64,000 nucleotides of DNA from Octopus sinensis (lineage: Eukaryota), in NCBI RefSeq assembly GCF_006345805.1, contig NC_043005.1:21762001-21826000 (forward strand), written 5' to 3'. Within the stretch, counting starts at the first letter, position 1. The number at the start of each line of letters is the position of its first letter. The notes under the pieces were generated by a model. It did not search any database, was not told where the DNA came from, and saw only the letters and a list, made by a program, of their open reading frames with translations. A program made the translations under genes and the position numbers. This document shows positions 28,778-43,600 of this stretch, piece by piece.

Positions 28778-31700
28778 CTATCTCTCTGTATATATATATA
28801 TATATATAATCAAACATAAGCAACAAAAATAACTTCGGTAATTTGGTACAATCATTTCACGGTACATCATTTTATTAAATACTGTAAGTATTACAACAGT
28901 TTTAAAATGTTGAGCAATCATCAGCCATTAATAGAGATTTCCCATTAATACATAATTTTCATATCAATTGATAACATTATAGAGAAGGAAGATATATAGA
29001 CAAAGATATCGATTTAAATTTTAAGAACATTCAGGTAGTAGAGTTTAGCAACTGACTGAAGAATATTCAGAATATTCAGTTATTTTGAACTGCTAGAAGG
29101 TTGGGAAGAAGGATCAGTTGAAAGAAGACAAAAAAGATTTTCTATTTATAGAAATAGGGTTGAAATAGATGTCAGAAGTTCTTTATAAAGAAATTAAGGT
29201 AGAGAGGTAGTTGTAATGCTGTAGAGGCTGTATACTACTATTAGCAAACAGATGTTGGTGTCCTCAGAGTATCTGAATGTTTTAAGTACCCCCACCCCAT
29301 CCTTTCCTTTTTATATATGTAAAACATTCCCACCAGATTCTTTCATTTCTATATCAAACTTTGTACAGAAAAGATTTGCAACATTTAGAAAGCTGGCAGT
29401 TTCTAAATTGCTGTGTTTTGCGCACATCAACAATGACTGCATGTCTTTTCATTTATTGTTTTAACATTTTAGCTACCATGGAGTATCTGAAATAAATAAA
29501 AGTTTTTTAATTGCTTTGAAGAGAATAATATACTGAAAATTAAGTGTCCTGGAATACTTTTTGTACCTTTATATAAAGCACATATATCAAGGTACTTTTG
29601 TACCTTTATATATATGCTTTCTCAAAATAATTTCACAGTATTATGGCATTCTTACAGAATGTCCATGTTAAATATGATGTACAGATTGCTATTCACTACT
29701 CATACTGCTTCTGTCACTAAAATATATGTTTGTGTGTGTGTGTGTGTGTGTGCACGCACGTGCGCATGTGTGTGATTTGATGACATGCATGCCATTGCTT
29801 ATCTTTATTATTTTGCACTCTCTGGCAGAATCGTTAGCGCGATGGACAAAATGCTTAGTGGTATTTTGCCCATTGGTACGTTCTGAGTTCATATTCCACT
29901 GAGGTCGTCTTTACCCTTCATCCTTTTGGAATCAATATAATAAGTACTGGTTAAACACTTGGGTCAATGTAATCAAGTCATTCCCTCCCTCCAAATTGCT
30001 GCCCTTTATTATTTTGCACTCCAAGGTTCTTGCAGTGGAGGTAGACTACACACTGAAGTACAAAATGGGAGGTAAACTACACTCTAAAGTGTAAATGGCC
30101 TGGTAGATGACATACTAAAATGGTACCAAAGTCAAACTATGCCCACTGGATTACTTAACATTCAATTACCATGAAATAGTTATTATGTGTATCTTCTGAA
30201 ATTCTTATAACCAGACATAGAACACTTATTGTTCAGGTATTATTGGATAAGGATAAAAGATTACAGAACCCATCCTGTCTTCAGTGTCTCTGTCTTCCCC
30301 TCCTCGTCTCTCTCTCTCCTCTCTCTCTCTCTCTCACACCTTGTTTTCTTATCTTTCTCTTTTTCTCTTTCACTTTGCCTCTCATATATATCTCTCTATC
30401 TCTAAGATTTATTTATTTATTTATCACTTACTTTATCATTTTATATATATTTTTCTTTATATAGTTTTACTTTTTCATCCTTTTTATTATTGACCATTTA
30501 AGTTTTTTCTTTCATTCTTTTCTTCATTACAATTCTACCTTTTCTTCCTTTTTTCTCTTTTCCTTTCCCTTTCTCTTCCTTTTTCTCTTTTCCTTTCCCT
30601 TTCTCTTCCTTTTTCTCTTTTCCTTTCCCTTTCTCTTGACTTTTTGTCTCTCCATTTCCCTATGACACTTGCTCTCTATCTACTCTCCTTTTCTAACTGT
30701 ACACACAAGATATACTCTGTGTGTGTGTGTGTGTACTTATAGGTTTTGCCATCTATACAACTCCAAATGTTTGACCACTATAACATCATGCAACAAAGTG
30801 TTCCCCTTATGATCCTTTGTGATTAAGCATCCAGTTACTTGTGGAACATCCAATTCATGGTTTTCAAACAACCACAACAGTTAAGTGTACAAGGGGAACA
30901 AATGATATAAACTTGTATTTTGCCTGTGTTGCTCTGTATACCATAACCAATATTACTACTAAGTACAGTAGAAATCACACCACTATACTGGATATAAACT
31001 GGATGAAGATAATCTACATAGAGCTCTAAACTCAACAGTAGCAGTTGTACATCTAACTGTACACACAAGACATACTCTGTGTGCACGTGTGTGTGTGTGT
31101 GTATACATGTAAATGTCTTCAGTTTGTTTCAGTCAATATCTTTTATTCTAAATTTCTCATTATCTCCTTGTTCTCACCCTCCTCCTAACATATTCGCAAC
31201 TGATATCAGTTTCTCTTATCACTTCCAGCTCATGCAAAAGTTAACTGTGGACAACCAAAAGATGTTGCTGGTGCACTTAAATCCTATGATACTACTACCT
31301 ATAAATCTGAAGTGAACTATACTTGTCAAGATGGAGAACAATTAAAGGCAGTATGCCAAAAGGACAAGAAATGGACTCCAGAAGTGTCTTGTAAAGGTAT
31401 TGCAAATAGGTTTTCTCATTTGGACTCTGTCTTTGTTTTACTTTTGTGTTAAATGTCAATGTTAGAGAAATTCTGACAGATCTCCTCAAATTCTTCCATC
31501 AAAGAACAGAAAGTGTGTAAGTGTATTCCCTCCAGCAGGCTTCTGCTAGTTTCCATCCACCAAATTTTATCCACAAGCCTTAGTTATGAATCAAATTTTT
31601 AACCAGGCAGACAAAACTCCACCCACTTCCACATTGTTGTTAAGTAAATTTATTACTTCCAAACCTCAGCTCATCTTGTTTTTTTTCTTAATTTCTATCT

Positions 31701-34700
31701 TTCTTAAACATTGTGTCATCACCTGAAACTCAATACAAGGCATTGCACTAAATCCTTTTTACTAGAATTCAACAATAATCCAAAACGGATTTCTGATGCC
31801 CTAAATTATAATAATACAAATAATGATAATGGTTTCTGATTTTGGGGGGGAAAAAAAACAAGAATTTTTTATAGGAGTTTAGTCAGTATCATCCATTCCA
31901 TTATTTGACTGTTATTTTGTGTTATTTATCCCCACAAGATTAACAGGTAAAGTTGACATTGGTTGGATTTGGAAAGGATTTCTTCCAATGCTCTAATTAG
32001 TACACATTTATGCATTTAATATAAAGATAAGAATGATAATGTAATCCTTTTGAATGTAGAAGGATATCTGACTAGGATCATTTGAAGAACTCCATCATTC
32101 TGTACTCTAAGGACATGTACCCTTTCTAATAATTGTTCTCTGTTAGACAGGTTTATGCACTATGGACCCCAAACACTAACTATTTTTTTCACCTTCATAT
32201 TACTTTCGATAATTTCCCTTGAAAAGAATATCACTTTTTCCATCCTTATCTTTTTTACAAGTAAAACTTTAAAAATACAGATTAGGGATTGACCAAAGAG
32301 AAAAGTTCCTATTGTTAGACTTTTCAACCTCATCCACCATGCAACCTCTTTTGCTATAGCTACCAGACAGAGGAAAACTATCTTCTTTACTCAGTTCAAT
32401 GAGGACGGGGAGCAATCATCATGATCGACTTGACTGACAGATTTGTTGCTGTTTAAAATAAATCTACAAATCAATAATGCCTGGACACTAAACAAGTGCA
32501 TGTAAAATCAATTTCTTGTACCGTGCACATTTGATGTCACTTCTGAGACTAGATTTTATCTTGGACTAGTAGATCTCTTTGGTAGCATTACCAAGAACTC
32601 CAGGAAGTTGCTCATAGTATTCCCATACCAAAATGAATTTTTAAAACAAACTTGCTACCTCGTTCACATCAAAGCTTAGAATATCCCTGAGAATATCAAT
32701 GTTCTTTCAACTCCACTAATCTCATAGATATTACTAGAGTGTAACACCCATCAATTCCGTTGTCCAGGTTAGGTTTCATCCAGCTTACTTGGGATTATAT
32801 TAGATAATCAGGCCTTCACTTTTTGTGTGAGTAGTGTGACTGAGTATGATTTCATTGATATATCTAACATGTGTGTCCATTTAAAGGGCTTCCATGGTGA
32901 CTGGACTGTGGTAAATGTTGAACTTAATATTGCAAGTTAACAGATCTGACACAGCTTTTTCCCAGGTACAATTTGTTCAGCACCACCAACTGACACTTCA
33001 CATGGTCATCCTGATGTTAGTGGACAATATTTGATCCAGGGTTAATATATTCATTGTAACAATAAAACACACATTGACGCACAGATGCTAGGGCTGGGCA
33101 TAGACAACCTGAACCTCACAAGTGTAGGAAGGAAGGGTTGCATGAAGTTTTCATAACAGTAGTTCCTTCAGAAGAAAAGAAAATTACAATCTCATTGTAA
33201 TTAATTATGTATTCATTACTCAAGCACAAAGCCAAACATAATTAGAAAAAGGAATGACTTTATGTGATATTTATGTCTTTCTGAAGTTTGCTAATTGTCT
33301 ATGTAAAGTGAACTGACTTAAACTGAGAATCAAACCCAGATCATTGACTCACAACACTCTGTAAATATTTATACTAAAAGAACAACTAAGGAAGAATACT
33401 CAAGATCACTTTTTGCATGGAAAGCACATAAGAAAGTGGTTACTTCTAGAACCAAGTTGTTATGTCTAATTAAAATTACACCTTCAGTGGCTGAAGTAAT
33501 ATGTTAATGTAAGTAATATTATGTTAATGACTTATTCTGGTCATTAAATTCAGGAGAGACAACCTCATAGAATTAATCAGTTTTTCTTTATTTCACTGAA
33601 AGTATAATTCTAATGAATTAAAATTTCTTAGCTACTTACATTAAGGTTTGAGTATCAACATTTACTACAAATTATATCTGTTCATTATAAATAATGAAAG
33701 TTAATTTATTTTAGTTTTCAAAGACAAAACATCATAAAGTCAGTAATGTGATGGGTGATAATCCATGTGATAACTAACCACATTTATTCATTTCCTTTTA
33801 CATTCCTGGTTCAAATCCCACTTGGTTATAATTCCCCTTTCATATTTCTGAAGTTGATAAAACCAGCTCTATTCAACTACTGAGTTCCATTCGATTTCAT
33901 GAGTCATTGCAGAATGCGTGAATTTATGTTTAAGTTAGAAACTGTTATCATAAATATTGGTAACATTAACAATAATTATAAATATTTGTGTTAGTGACAG
34001 ATTAAGAGAATCATCAGAACATCAGAAAAAATGTGTTGTGGTATATGTTGTTTCTCTTTGACTTCTGAGTTCAGATCTGGCTGATGTCAAATTTGCTTTG
34101 TCAGGGCCAATAAAATAAAATACCAGTCAAATGTAGGGTCCAATTTTACTGATTAACTATTACTTTTGTCGTTCTTTCTACATTATAAATTAGAATTATT
34201 GTTGCTGTTGTTTCTATTCCTATAAATATTTCTTAAATTCCAGTTACTCGGAAATATTTTGTGAAAGTAAGAAGTGGAACTCTGGATGTACCTAAGAAAT
34301 TGTTGTGGAATAAGGAAAATGTTACAGTAGAAGACTGTTCAGCAAAATGCCTTTCTCAAAACAATTGTTTATCATTTGAAATAAATAAAGAAAATAGAAA
34401 ATGTTACTTATTAAAGGAAACTACAGCTACCTCCAAGAAAATAAAATCAGCCAAAGACAGAGATTACTACCAACGAGTAAAACGTAATTATTCTTTGTTC
34501 CTCTTTTTCTGAAATTTGTGATTCTATTTGTACTTCATAATATATAGATCTATATAATTAACCTCGATAGCATTCATAACAACTTGACAAAAGATTTTGT
34601 TAAAAACTTTGAAGCACTTGAATAATTTTTCAGTTTGAAGCACAAAGGCTTTATTGTCACAGCTAAGGCAAATGCTTAAAGGCACAAGAGAAGAAAAGCC

Positions 34701-37700
34701 ATTGATAGACTCTTGTGACAGGGGTACAACATGGCAACAAAACAAGAATTCAGTCATTGGAATGCCATGATGGCCATGTGTTACTAGATCACAAGCAAAT
34801 ATGAGTGGCTTTTCAGCAGCATTTTGCTCATGAGTGGCAAGTTGGGTCACGGAATGGATTTCAGTGCCCACCCCAAAACCCTGCTATGATGCACGGCAAG
34901 AAAAGTGCTGCATTTTTGAAACAATAGGAACCACATTGATAATTTTTGCCTATAACTCTTCTGAATGCAAATTTCAAGATTCAACCCAACATGTTAGTCA
35001 AATTTTGGCACTTGCCCAATTGTCAGATGGGTGATGTGCAAACATGCATGATCACAAACATATCTATCCATGATAACCTCCATTTCATGTGATACATAAC
35101 AGAAAGGATGGACAATAAAGCTTGTATGGATAGGGCCTTGATCAATTTAGATGAAACAAAAGCTTCTGAAAAGGTTGATAAATAATACCTGACTATTGTC
35201 CTCAAAACAGTGAGTTTCACTTCCAATTTTGAAAGTTGGATTACCATAATGTACAACAATACCTGCTCCACTTTCAATTTTCTTTTCAAGTGAAAATTGG
35301 AAAGGAGAACTTGGCCAAAGAGAAAGGTGTCTGTTTTCAGCCCTTTCAATCTGGTCTAAAACACAATCTATTTTGCTAAAGCCATCACACTAATAGAGCT
35401 TCTTTGATCTTCCTGTTTAAAGGAATATGGTGGGATGATTTTCACAATGGACTCAACTGATAGCTTAGGCTATCTTACATACAACAGCAGGTGTTCAAAT
35501 CTTAACTCCACAAGCCAGTAATGCACAGGCAAATGACAAATGCATGCAGAACAGTTTCACCCCTTTGCATACAACAAGTTTGGCCAATGTCATTTCCATG
35601 GCTGTAGAATTCATCTGGAACTGGCAATTCTCTCCTGGAAGCATTGCTTGGGTAGAGATTTCTGGAAATTATCCATGGAGCACCAGACTAAGAGTCCTCT
35701 GGAACAAACCAACCAGTATATTTTCTTTAACACTCAGAGTTTTTTTGACAATGTAGTCATTCTTGCTCTTCACAAATCACTGAAAGAACATCAATATGGA
35801 ACTTCCAGTAACCATATTTCCTAACTGGAAGCAGACTGTAAGTGCTAGACAGCATTCAGATGCCAAGCACCCTGTCTGTATCTTTCTTTGGTGCAGAAAT
35901 GCATCTCTGTCAAAGTGATCTGTGAAAACACACATTTGACAAACGATGAAAAGGAATTGCTGGAAATGTTGCAGCTTTTGTGGGTGTCAAGCGCATCTTC
36001 AACCATGGCCTGCTTAGTCCACCTTTCAGTGAGTGTTGATATGAAATGGAGCACCTGACTAGTGAAGCACATCACTTCTACAAAAAGTAGATGTTCCACT
36101 CCATTCAGAAAATGAGCTGGAGTAGGTGTGAAAGTCATGTGGTAACATATGATGGGGTTGATGTAATTGTTTGCCACTTCTGCCCGACGTTTCAGGCTTA
36201 GCATTCTCTCATTTCTGGGAGATACTGGTTACCTTGCTCATCACCTCATCCCAGTTCTTCTCCACCTGGAGCTCTGGTCCAAATCAGGCCCCAAGTAATT
36301 TAATCTGCCTGACCATCCATACCCACAAGGCTGTTGAACAGTATGGTCCTGCCTCCCCGGGAACTGAGCTGCACACATTGTGGCATTTTGCCCATCTTGA
36401 TGTTCTGAGTTCAAATCCTGCTGAAGTCAACTTTTCCTTTCATCCTTTAAGGAGTCAATATAATAAGTACCACCTGAGTAATCAACTAGCCCTCTCCTCA
36501 CAAAATTTCAAGCTTTGTGCCAACAGTAGAAAGAATCCTAAAGGCAGCAAGCCAGCAGAATCATTAGCATACCAGACATAAAGCTTACTGGCATTTCATC
36601 CATCTTTATGTTTTGAATTTGAATTTCCCACACGGTTGACTTTGCCTTTCATCTTTCAGCAGTCACTGAAATGAGTTGCAGTTGAGCACTGGGGTCAAAG
36701 AAACTGACTTACATCTCCTCCTCACAAAACTTCACATCTTGTGCCTATAGGAAACGAATCATCATCATCATTACAGCATTATTACTCTTTCTAAGACAAA
36801 GAACTGGCAGAATTATTAGCAAACCAAACAAAATGCTTAGTGCATTTCTTCTGGGTTTTACATTCTGGGTTCAAATTCCTTTCAAATTACCTTTGCCTTT
36901 CATTATTTTGGATCAATAAAATGGATATCAGTTGATCATTGGAGCCAGTGTAATTGACTGAGCCCCTAACTGAAAAGTTCAGTCCTTGTGCCTATAGTGC
37001 AAAGAATCTTTATTTTTAACACTAATATTATGTTGTATATTTAAAACTTTAGATAATTATGTACAAGTACCTTATAACAGAAATTTTTTTTAAATATTCG
37101 AAACTCACCTGGTTCATTATTTTCTAAAAGGATAATTCAATATAAAAATACAGTCCATCCATGAAATTATTTTTCTGCATGAGCTGCCCTTCTCAGATTT
37201 AATGTAAATTCTAGTACATCATAAGACACACATGGAACCTTGCCTCACTGCTTTAGGTTGTACATAGTACATTTGTACATCCCCTCTTCTGGTGGTGTAC
37301 TTTTGTTTAAGATTAAATGATCATAAGGATACTTCACATGCTGGTTGACGATCTTTTGCATTATGTTAAGATTCTACAAAAGCACACTGTTAGATAGGAA
37401 GGCACAAATGGATTACATGCAACTTAAATTTTGAAGCAAGGTTTCAAATGTGTCTGAAGATGGTCTACATTCACATGAACTATGACTAAGTTGTCATTTT
37501 GTGGATCAATTATTTGTTTATAATACAGGTATGTCCAACCCATGCTTGCATGGAAAATGAACATTAAATGATTTCTGTGATGATGATGAGGATCACCATT
37601 TAAAACAAATTATGTGACAGATATTATATAGTATCTAATATGTGTGTGTGAATATAAAATGTCTTTTTTGTTTTCTTTCATTCCTTTTTTATCTAGCCGA

Positions 37701-38035
37701 TGATGATGTTTTTACACTTAAAAGGACTACCATACCACTTCACGATACATTTGGTCGGATTAAAAGAGTCACTTTAAAGGAGTGTGAACGTGCTTGCCTT
37801 CAAATTCCAGGATGTAAATCATATGAGTATCATGAAAATAAAGAATTCTGTAATCCATCTAATGAAACTCACCTGACTAATGACCTTAAACCTGACAAAG
37901 ATGGATGGGATATATATATCATGAACCCAGGTCAGTGGAGTGTATTCATTTAATTTTATGTGTGTCTGCATGCATGTACATGTCAGGTTGCCTGCATCTA
38001 CATTTGCACATATGTATTATATGTATGTTTATAAT

Positions 38036-38066
<31 letters not shown>

Positions 38067-40565
38067 CATCAGTTCAAGGGAATCCTGTAGTTTATGGTCA
38101 ATAGCTTATTAGTATCTAGCATACATATGGCTTGTATAGAACACTCAATGCAAAAATAACAGAAGTCTGCATTTTTAAATGAAGTAAATGATGATTGCCT
38201 ACTTATAGGTAATTCAGAACCCTTTTTTTAATGCTGATTTCAAATATGTTTTTAGTTTTTTCCTATCACATACATACATTTTACACAAATGGCTGCCAAA
38301 GTTATGATTTTTCTTGTCATTCATTCCCAGTTGTGGCAGACTTTTAGATAAAAGTATGATAAAATTAAGAGCACATCACTAGAACAGTAATAAAAAAGAT
38401 ATGAATTGTGTGTAAGCCTACATATTGACTAAATATATTTTTTTAATGCACTTACCATGGCTTTAAAGTAATTTTACTCCTTTTCAAACTTCTTTTACTT
38501 TGATTTCCTTCCAACTTTTGGTAGTTACTTGCAGTCTCTCTTTAATGTTCAGCAATAATCTGCCATCATGTTTATATTCCATTCCCCACCCTCTGGTACC
38601 TTCACTCCATTTATTTAAACTCCAGGTGAAATCTCTCACCACGATCTTCACTTAGATTGCCAAGGTACTATAGAAAATAGTCAAGGTGTGAGTGCATTTT
38701 AACATTTATGTTGCACCTAAGCTTTTTGAAGTTTTGCAACGTGGTATCAACTATGACTTTGTAATTAGAACACTTATTGTTTACCAAAAATTTCGTAACA
38801 ACACACTTGAAGCTTACCCATGCCTGTTTTTGTGATTCATTCATGGATTTCTCATAATCTGGACCAACAAATATTCTGCTTTAATTTTCTCACTCGTTAT
38901 ATTTGGGAAATTCTTTTTGAGAGATACTGCAAACATGGTCCATATGCAAGCAAAGATTTAATGAACCATTTCATCAAACCCAGTTTGATGTGCAAAGGTG
39001 GTAGCAGTACTTTTGTAGGTTCAATCAAGGGCCAGTGCAGAATATTTTTGGATCCAAGTAACAAACGTCTCCTTTGTGGTCAGTTTTTAACCATCCAGTG
39101 CTTTTCTATAGCTCTGCTCTCCCATTCACAAAAGAAACATGGCATTTTTGTGTGACCTGCCTGCTGGCCTAAAAGCATGCCTATCGTTTTGAAATCTCCA
39201 CACACTTGCCAGTGGTATTCTGCATACTTTATATTTAACAAGTTTTTTTACGTTTTCATATGTCTCCTTTAGTTGTACAGAATGTGCTATTGGAATGGAT
39301 AAATACTTATTTCCATTGTATAGCAAGGCAGCTTTCAAACTCATTTTGGAAGAATCAATGAATAGCCTTTATTCTGTGGGATTGTTCTCAATCTCAAAAT
39401 AGTTTAGTGGGTTTGGAATATTATAGCAAAACACCACTCATGCATCCTCAGCAAAAAATGGTAACAACTCATGTTCTCTGTGAATCCTTGTCTGGTACCA
39501 GATCGAACCCAATATCTAATACATTCCTTCCAGTCATGAGGCCAAACATCCCTGCAAATTTCATTGAATCCATCCAGCAGTTCTTGAGATATCTTGTCCA
39601 CAGACAAACAAACAAACACGACTGAAAACAATACCTTCACCTTCACTAAGGCAGAGGTCATAATATCGTAGTATACAATATAAAATAACTTTTCTCTTTT
39701 CTTCTCTTTTATTTCTTAATCTTTTTTGTATTTTATACCCCTCATAAAAAATTATCTGTGTTTCTTCTTCCATTTTTCTCATTTCATTATTTTTTCTCCC
39801 TGCAAAAAATCTATTTCTCTCTATATCCTTACTTAAATTTTTTTCTCATAAATATTTAAATTCCTCTCTGAAGTATGCAAACTATAATTTTTCTGTGAAT
39901 AATAGAATAGGTACTTTAGTACATTGAAATGCTAAATAATTAATAGTCATTATAATTTTTCTATGAAATACATTCTAAATTACTATTTTAATATGTAATA
40001 TCGAATTATTTTCCTCTTTTATATCTCAAATCATTTATGTTTACTTTTTTCCCGCCTCAAAAATCTATTTCATCTCTCAATTAGTCTTCAATACCATTAA
40101 CAGCCCACATTCTAATTAAATGACTACTTTATGTCCGTTATCACTTATAGGTCTATTTTTCAAATACATCATAGTATGTTAGCAAGATTTCATTAAATAA
40201 TATCTCTCCACATGACTTTGGTGTCCTAATATATTATTGTTTATGTTATTTGAATATTTGAAAATACGGTCATCATCTTACTTATTTCGTTGCTCACTAC
40301 CAGAAAGTAAACGTCCACTCTGATGATATCCGCCCATAATGTGGGGTTACTTTACATCTAACATTGCTTGAATGGTGATGATCTGAAGCTATTGGCTAGA
40401 TTGAAACATATGTAGGATGCTTTTATGTAGAATTCTTTTTCTTTTGTTTATTCTGTTCCTTTAAATCTCAAATCTTATATGTATTACTTTTTTTTATTGT
40501 GATACAAATAAAATTGACTAAGTATCCACTATATTTCTTCTCAATTTTATATTATATTAACTTTA

Positions 40566-40631
<66 letters not shown>

Positions 40632-43600
40632 TGCTGTACATGTATATAATGTGAGTATATATATATATATATATACACACACATACATTATATACATCTA
40701 CATGAATACATATATATATATATATATGGAAATTGAATAAGGAGATGAACTTTCAAGATGTTGTTAAATCATTTTTATCTTGAATTCTTCTACATGTCTT
40801 CCAACGGATATACTCCAAAATGTCCAACAGGATAAATTATTGTAAGCAATGCATCAATCTCATCAGGAAGGATATACATAACAAACTCATCAGACAGACA
40901 TGTTAACAGAAATAGAAAGTCCTATCATATGTAACATATTTATATTCATATGCACACACTTGTAAACACTCAAATATTTGACATGTAAATATAAACATTT
41001 TATACCTACTAAAAAACACAAATGTATACAACCCCACCACACATACACATTATATACAGGTACATGCATAGATATATACATACAAGTATATTTGTATGTA
41101 TGATGTATGTATTTATATCTGAATGCAAATTTCTTCTGTCTGATTCACTCAATACTATTTATTGTAATATTGCCATTTCCACCTAATTCTCATCCTCCTC
41201 TTAAGATCCACATAACATTCATATCGGTTTCTCTTTTCAATTCCAGTTTACTCAAATGTTAGCTGTGAAACTCCGAAAGATATTGCTCATACATCAAAGT
41301 CCTACAATTCCACCAACTATAGATCTGAGGTGACCTATACTTGTCCAGGGGGAGAAAAGTTCAAGTCAATTTGTGGAAAGGACAACAAATGGACTCCAAT
41401 GATATCTCTTTGTAAAGGTAACATAAATAGCTCCTCTTTTGTTGTCTCTAGATAATTTTGTTTACTTTCTATAATAAATGTCTTTGTCAGGGGAAAACTG
41501 GTTGACTCAATATTAATTTTCTAAGTGTCTGTGGTTGGTATGTGGAAAACATTTCCACAAATTATGCAACATAAATTCTACCCAAGGGCCAGGTAATGCT
41601 ATGAAATTGGGTGATGTGTTAAGTCTGCCAAACAAAAGCTGGAAGTGTAGAAACTTGTCACAAACAAGCTTCCAACATAGAGTCCATCAACCAGATTTCA
41701 TGCACAAAGCTTAGTTGTGAAGCAAATTCTTAACCTCAGACAAAACTATGCAGCTGTTAGGTAAACTTCTTACCTCTATAGCTATTCCTTGATAAATCTT
41801 GATAGTTTTTTTCTCTTAATTTCTAACTTAACCTTTTGCACCCTTGCTTTCTATTGTCATCCTAATCATTTTACAATATAATTCCATGGGTCCTCATTTC
41901 ATAAAACTCGGCAGCCCTTTAAAACGACTTCTGAGACACTTGTTATTTTCCAATTCATACCCTTTAATTATATTATTAATAATAATGCTTCTTGATTTAT
42001 ACACAAAGGTAAGTTTTGATGGGAGCTGTTTAGTCAACACCATCAGCCTTATAACTTGATGTAGACATTATGTCATTGACCTCCAACAAGTATGAAAGGC
42101 AAAGTGAACTCTGGATTCATTTGAACTGATATCCAAAAGTGCTGAAATACATAATTTAAAGCATTTCTTCCAATTCTCTTATTAGTATACATTGATAATA
42201 ATGTTGAAGATGATGATGCAAAATTCTTGGGTGTAAATGGATGTCAGTCTAGGGTTAATTGAAGAAACCCCATCATTGAACATTAGGCTCATCTCTCAGG
42301 AAAAATGGGGAGTGTGAGGCAATTATTGGGATGGAACTCCCAAGATGAATGTTTACTCCAATTTTTGTAACCTAAACTACAGGTTTATGCACTGTGGTCC
42401 CTATCCACTCTTCCTTATCATTCTTATCTGTTTTACAAGTGTTACTTTATGACCAAAATGGAAAGTCCCAGTCATTAGATCTTTCAACCTCATCCACTAT
42501 TTTTGCTATAGCTACTAGATAGCAAAACTGCCTTTTCTTCACTGTTAAAATAAGTACCAGGGTCGATAAAATCAGTACCATTTGAACACTGGGGTCTATG
42601 TAATCAACTTACCTCACTTCTGAACTTGCTGGCCTTGTGCCAAAATTTGAAACCCAATTATTATTCTTGTTGTATTTCATTGGCCTAAATTTTATTCTAT
42701 GTCTAGATTTTAAGAATCAATTTGTGGAAGTAAATGATTCATTGCTTGATGTACCTGCAAAAAAATTGTGGAAAAAGAAAAACGTTACAGCAGAAGCCTG
42801 TGCAAAAAAATGTTTCTCTGATAAAAAGTGTTTATCATTTGAAATAAGCAAAAGAAGTGGAAAATGCTTCTTATCAAAGAACACTGCAGCTACCTCCAAC
42901 AAATTAAAGGCAGCCAAAACCAGAAATTACTACCAACGAATAAAACGTAATTATCCTTTGTATTTTATTACTGGAACTAGCTGGCCCCATGCCATCAAAA
43001 ATCACGGCTAATTGTTGTATTTTATATAGATATAAGGTATATAATAATCACATGTACAAAAATTCATATACTTCCTTACTACATGCGCACACATGTACAC
43101 ATATACTCACACAGCACTGAAATGTTATTTGATTTTTGTTTTCAGCATTGAATGTTCATTCACACATACAAACATTCACATTTTGCCATCACTCCTTCCT
43201 TCCTTATTCATTTATCACCTCTTTCTTCCTTTCTCATTCATATGTTGTGATGGAGAAAAACACAATATTACAAGAGTATTATTATATCACCATCTCACTT
43301 CCATTGCACACACACACTCACACAAATATTCACATACTTCCCTTTTTACATATACACACATAATCACACAGAGTTGAAATGCTGTTTGATTTTTTTCACC
43401 CCCCTTCCTTATTCATCTATCACCCCTTCCTTTCTCATTCATATGTTTTGACAGAGAAAGACACAAGAGTATTATTATAGTAGATTATTGTTGTTTTTAC
43501 TCAGGTTTGGTCCTATTCCTAACAGTATTTATGTGGGTAGCAAGTACCACTTGTAACCTTAGGTATCCACTAGCTTTCAGTAGCCTTTCAAGTCTGGTAA

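Noticed and set aside
37260-37530. Hidden exon in the conserved block upstream of B exons (also ~8150, ~28020, ~52140)
   Set aside because: The candidate ttaag acceptor is followed by stops and no frame is conserved among copies; simple intron paralogy explains it.
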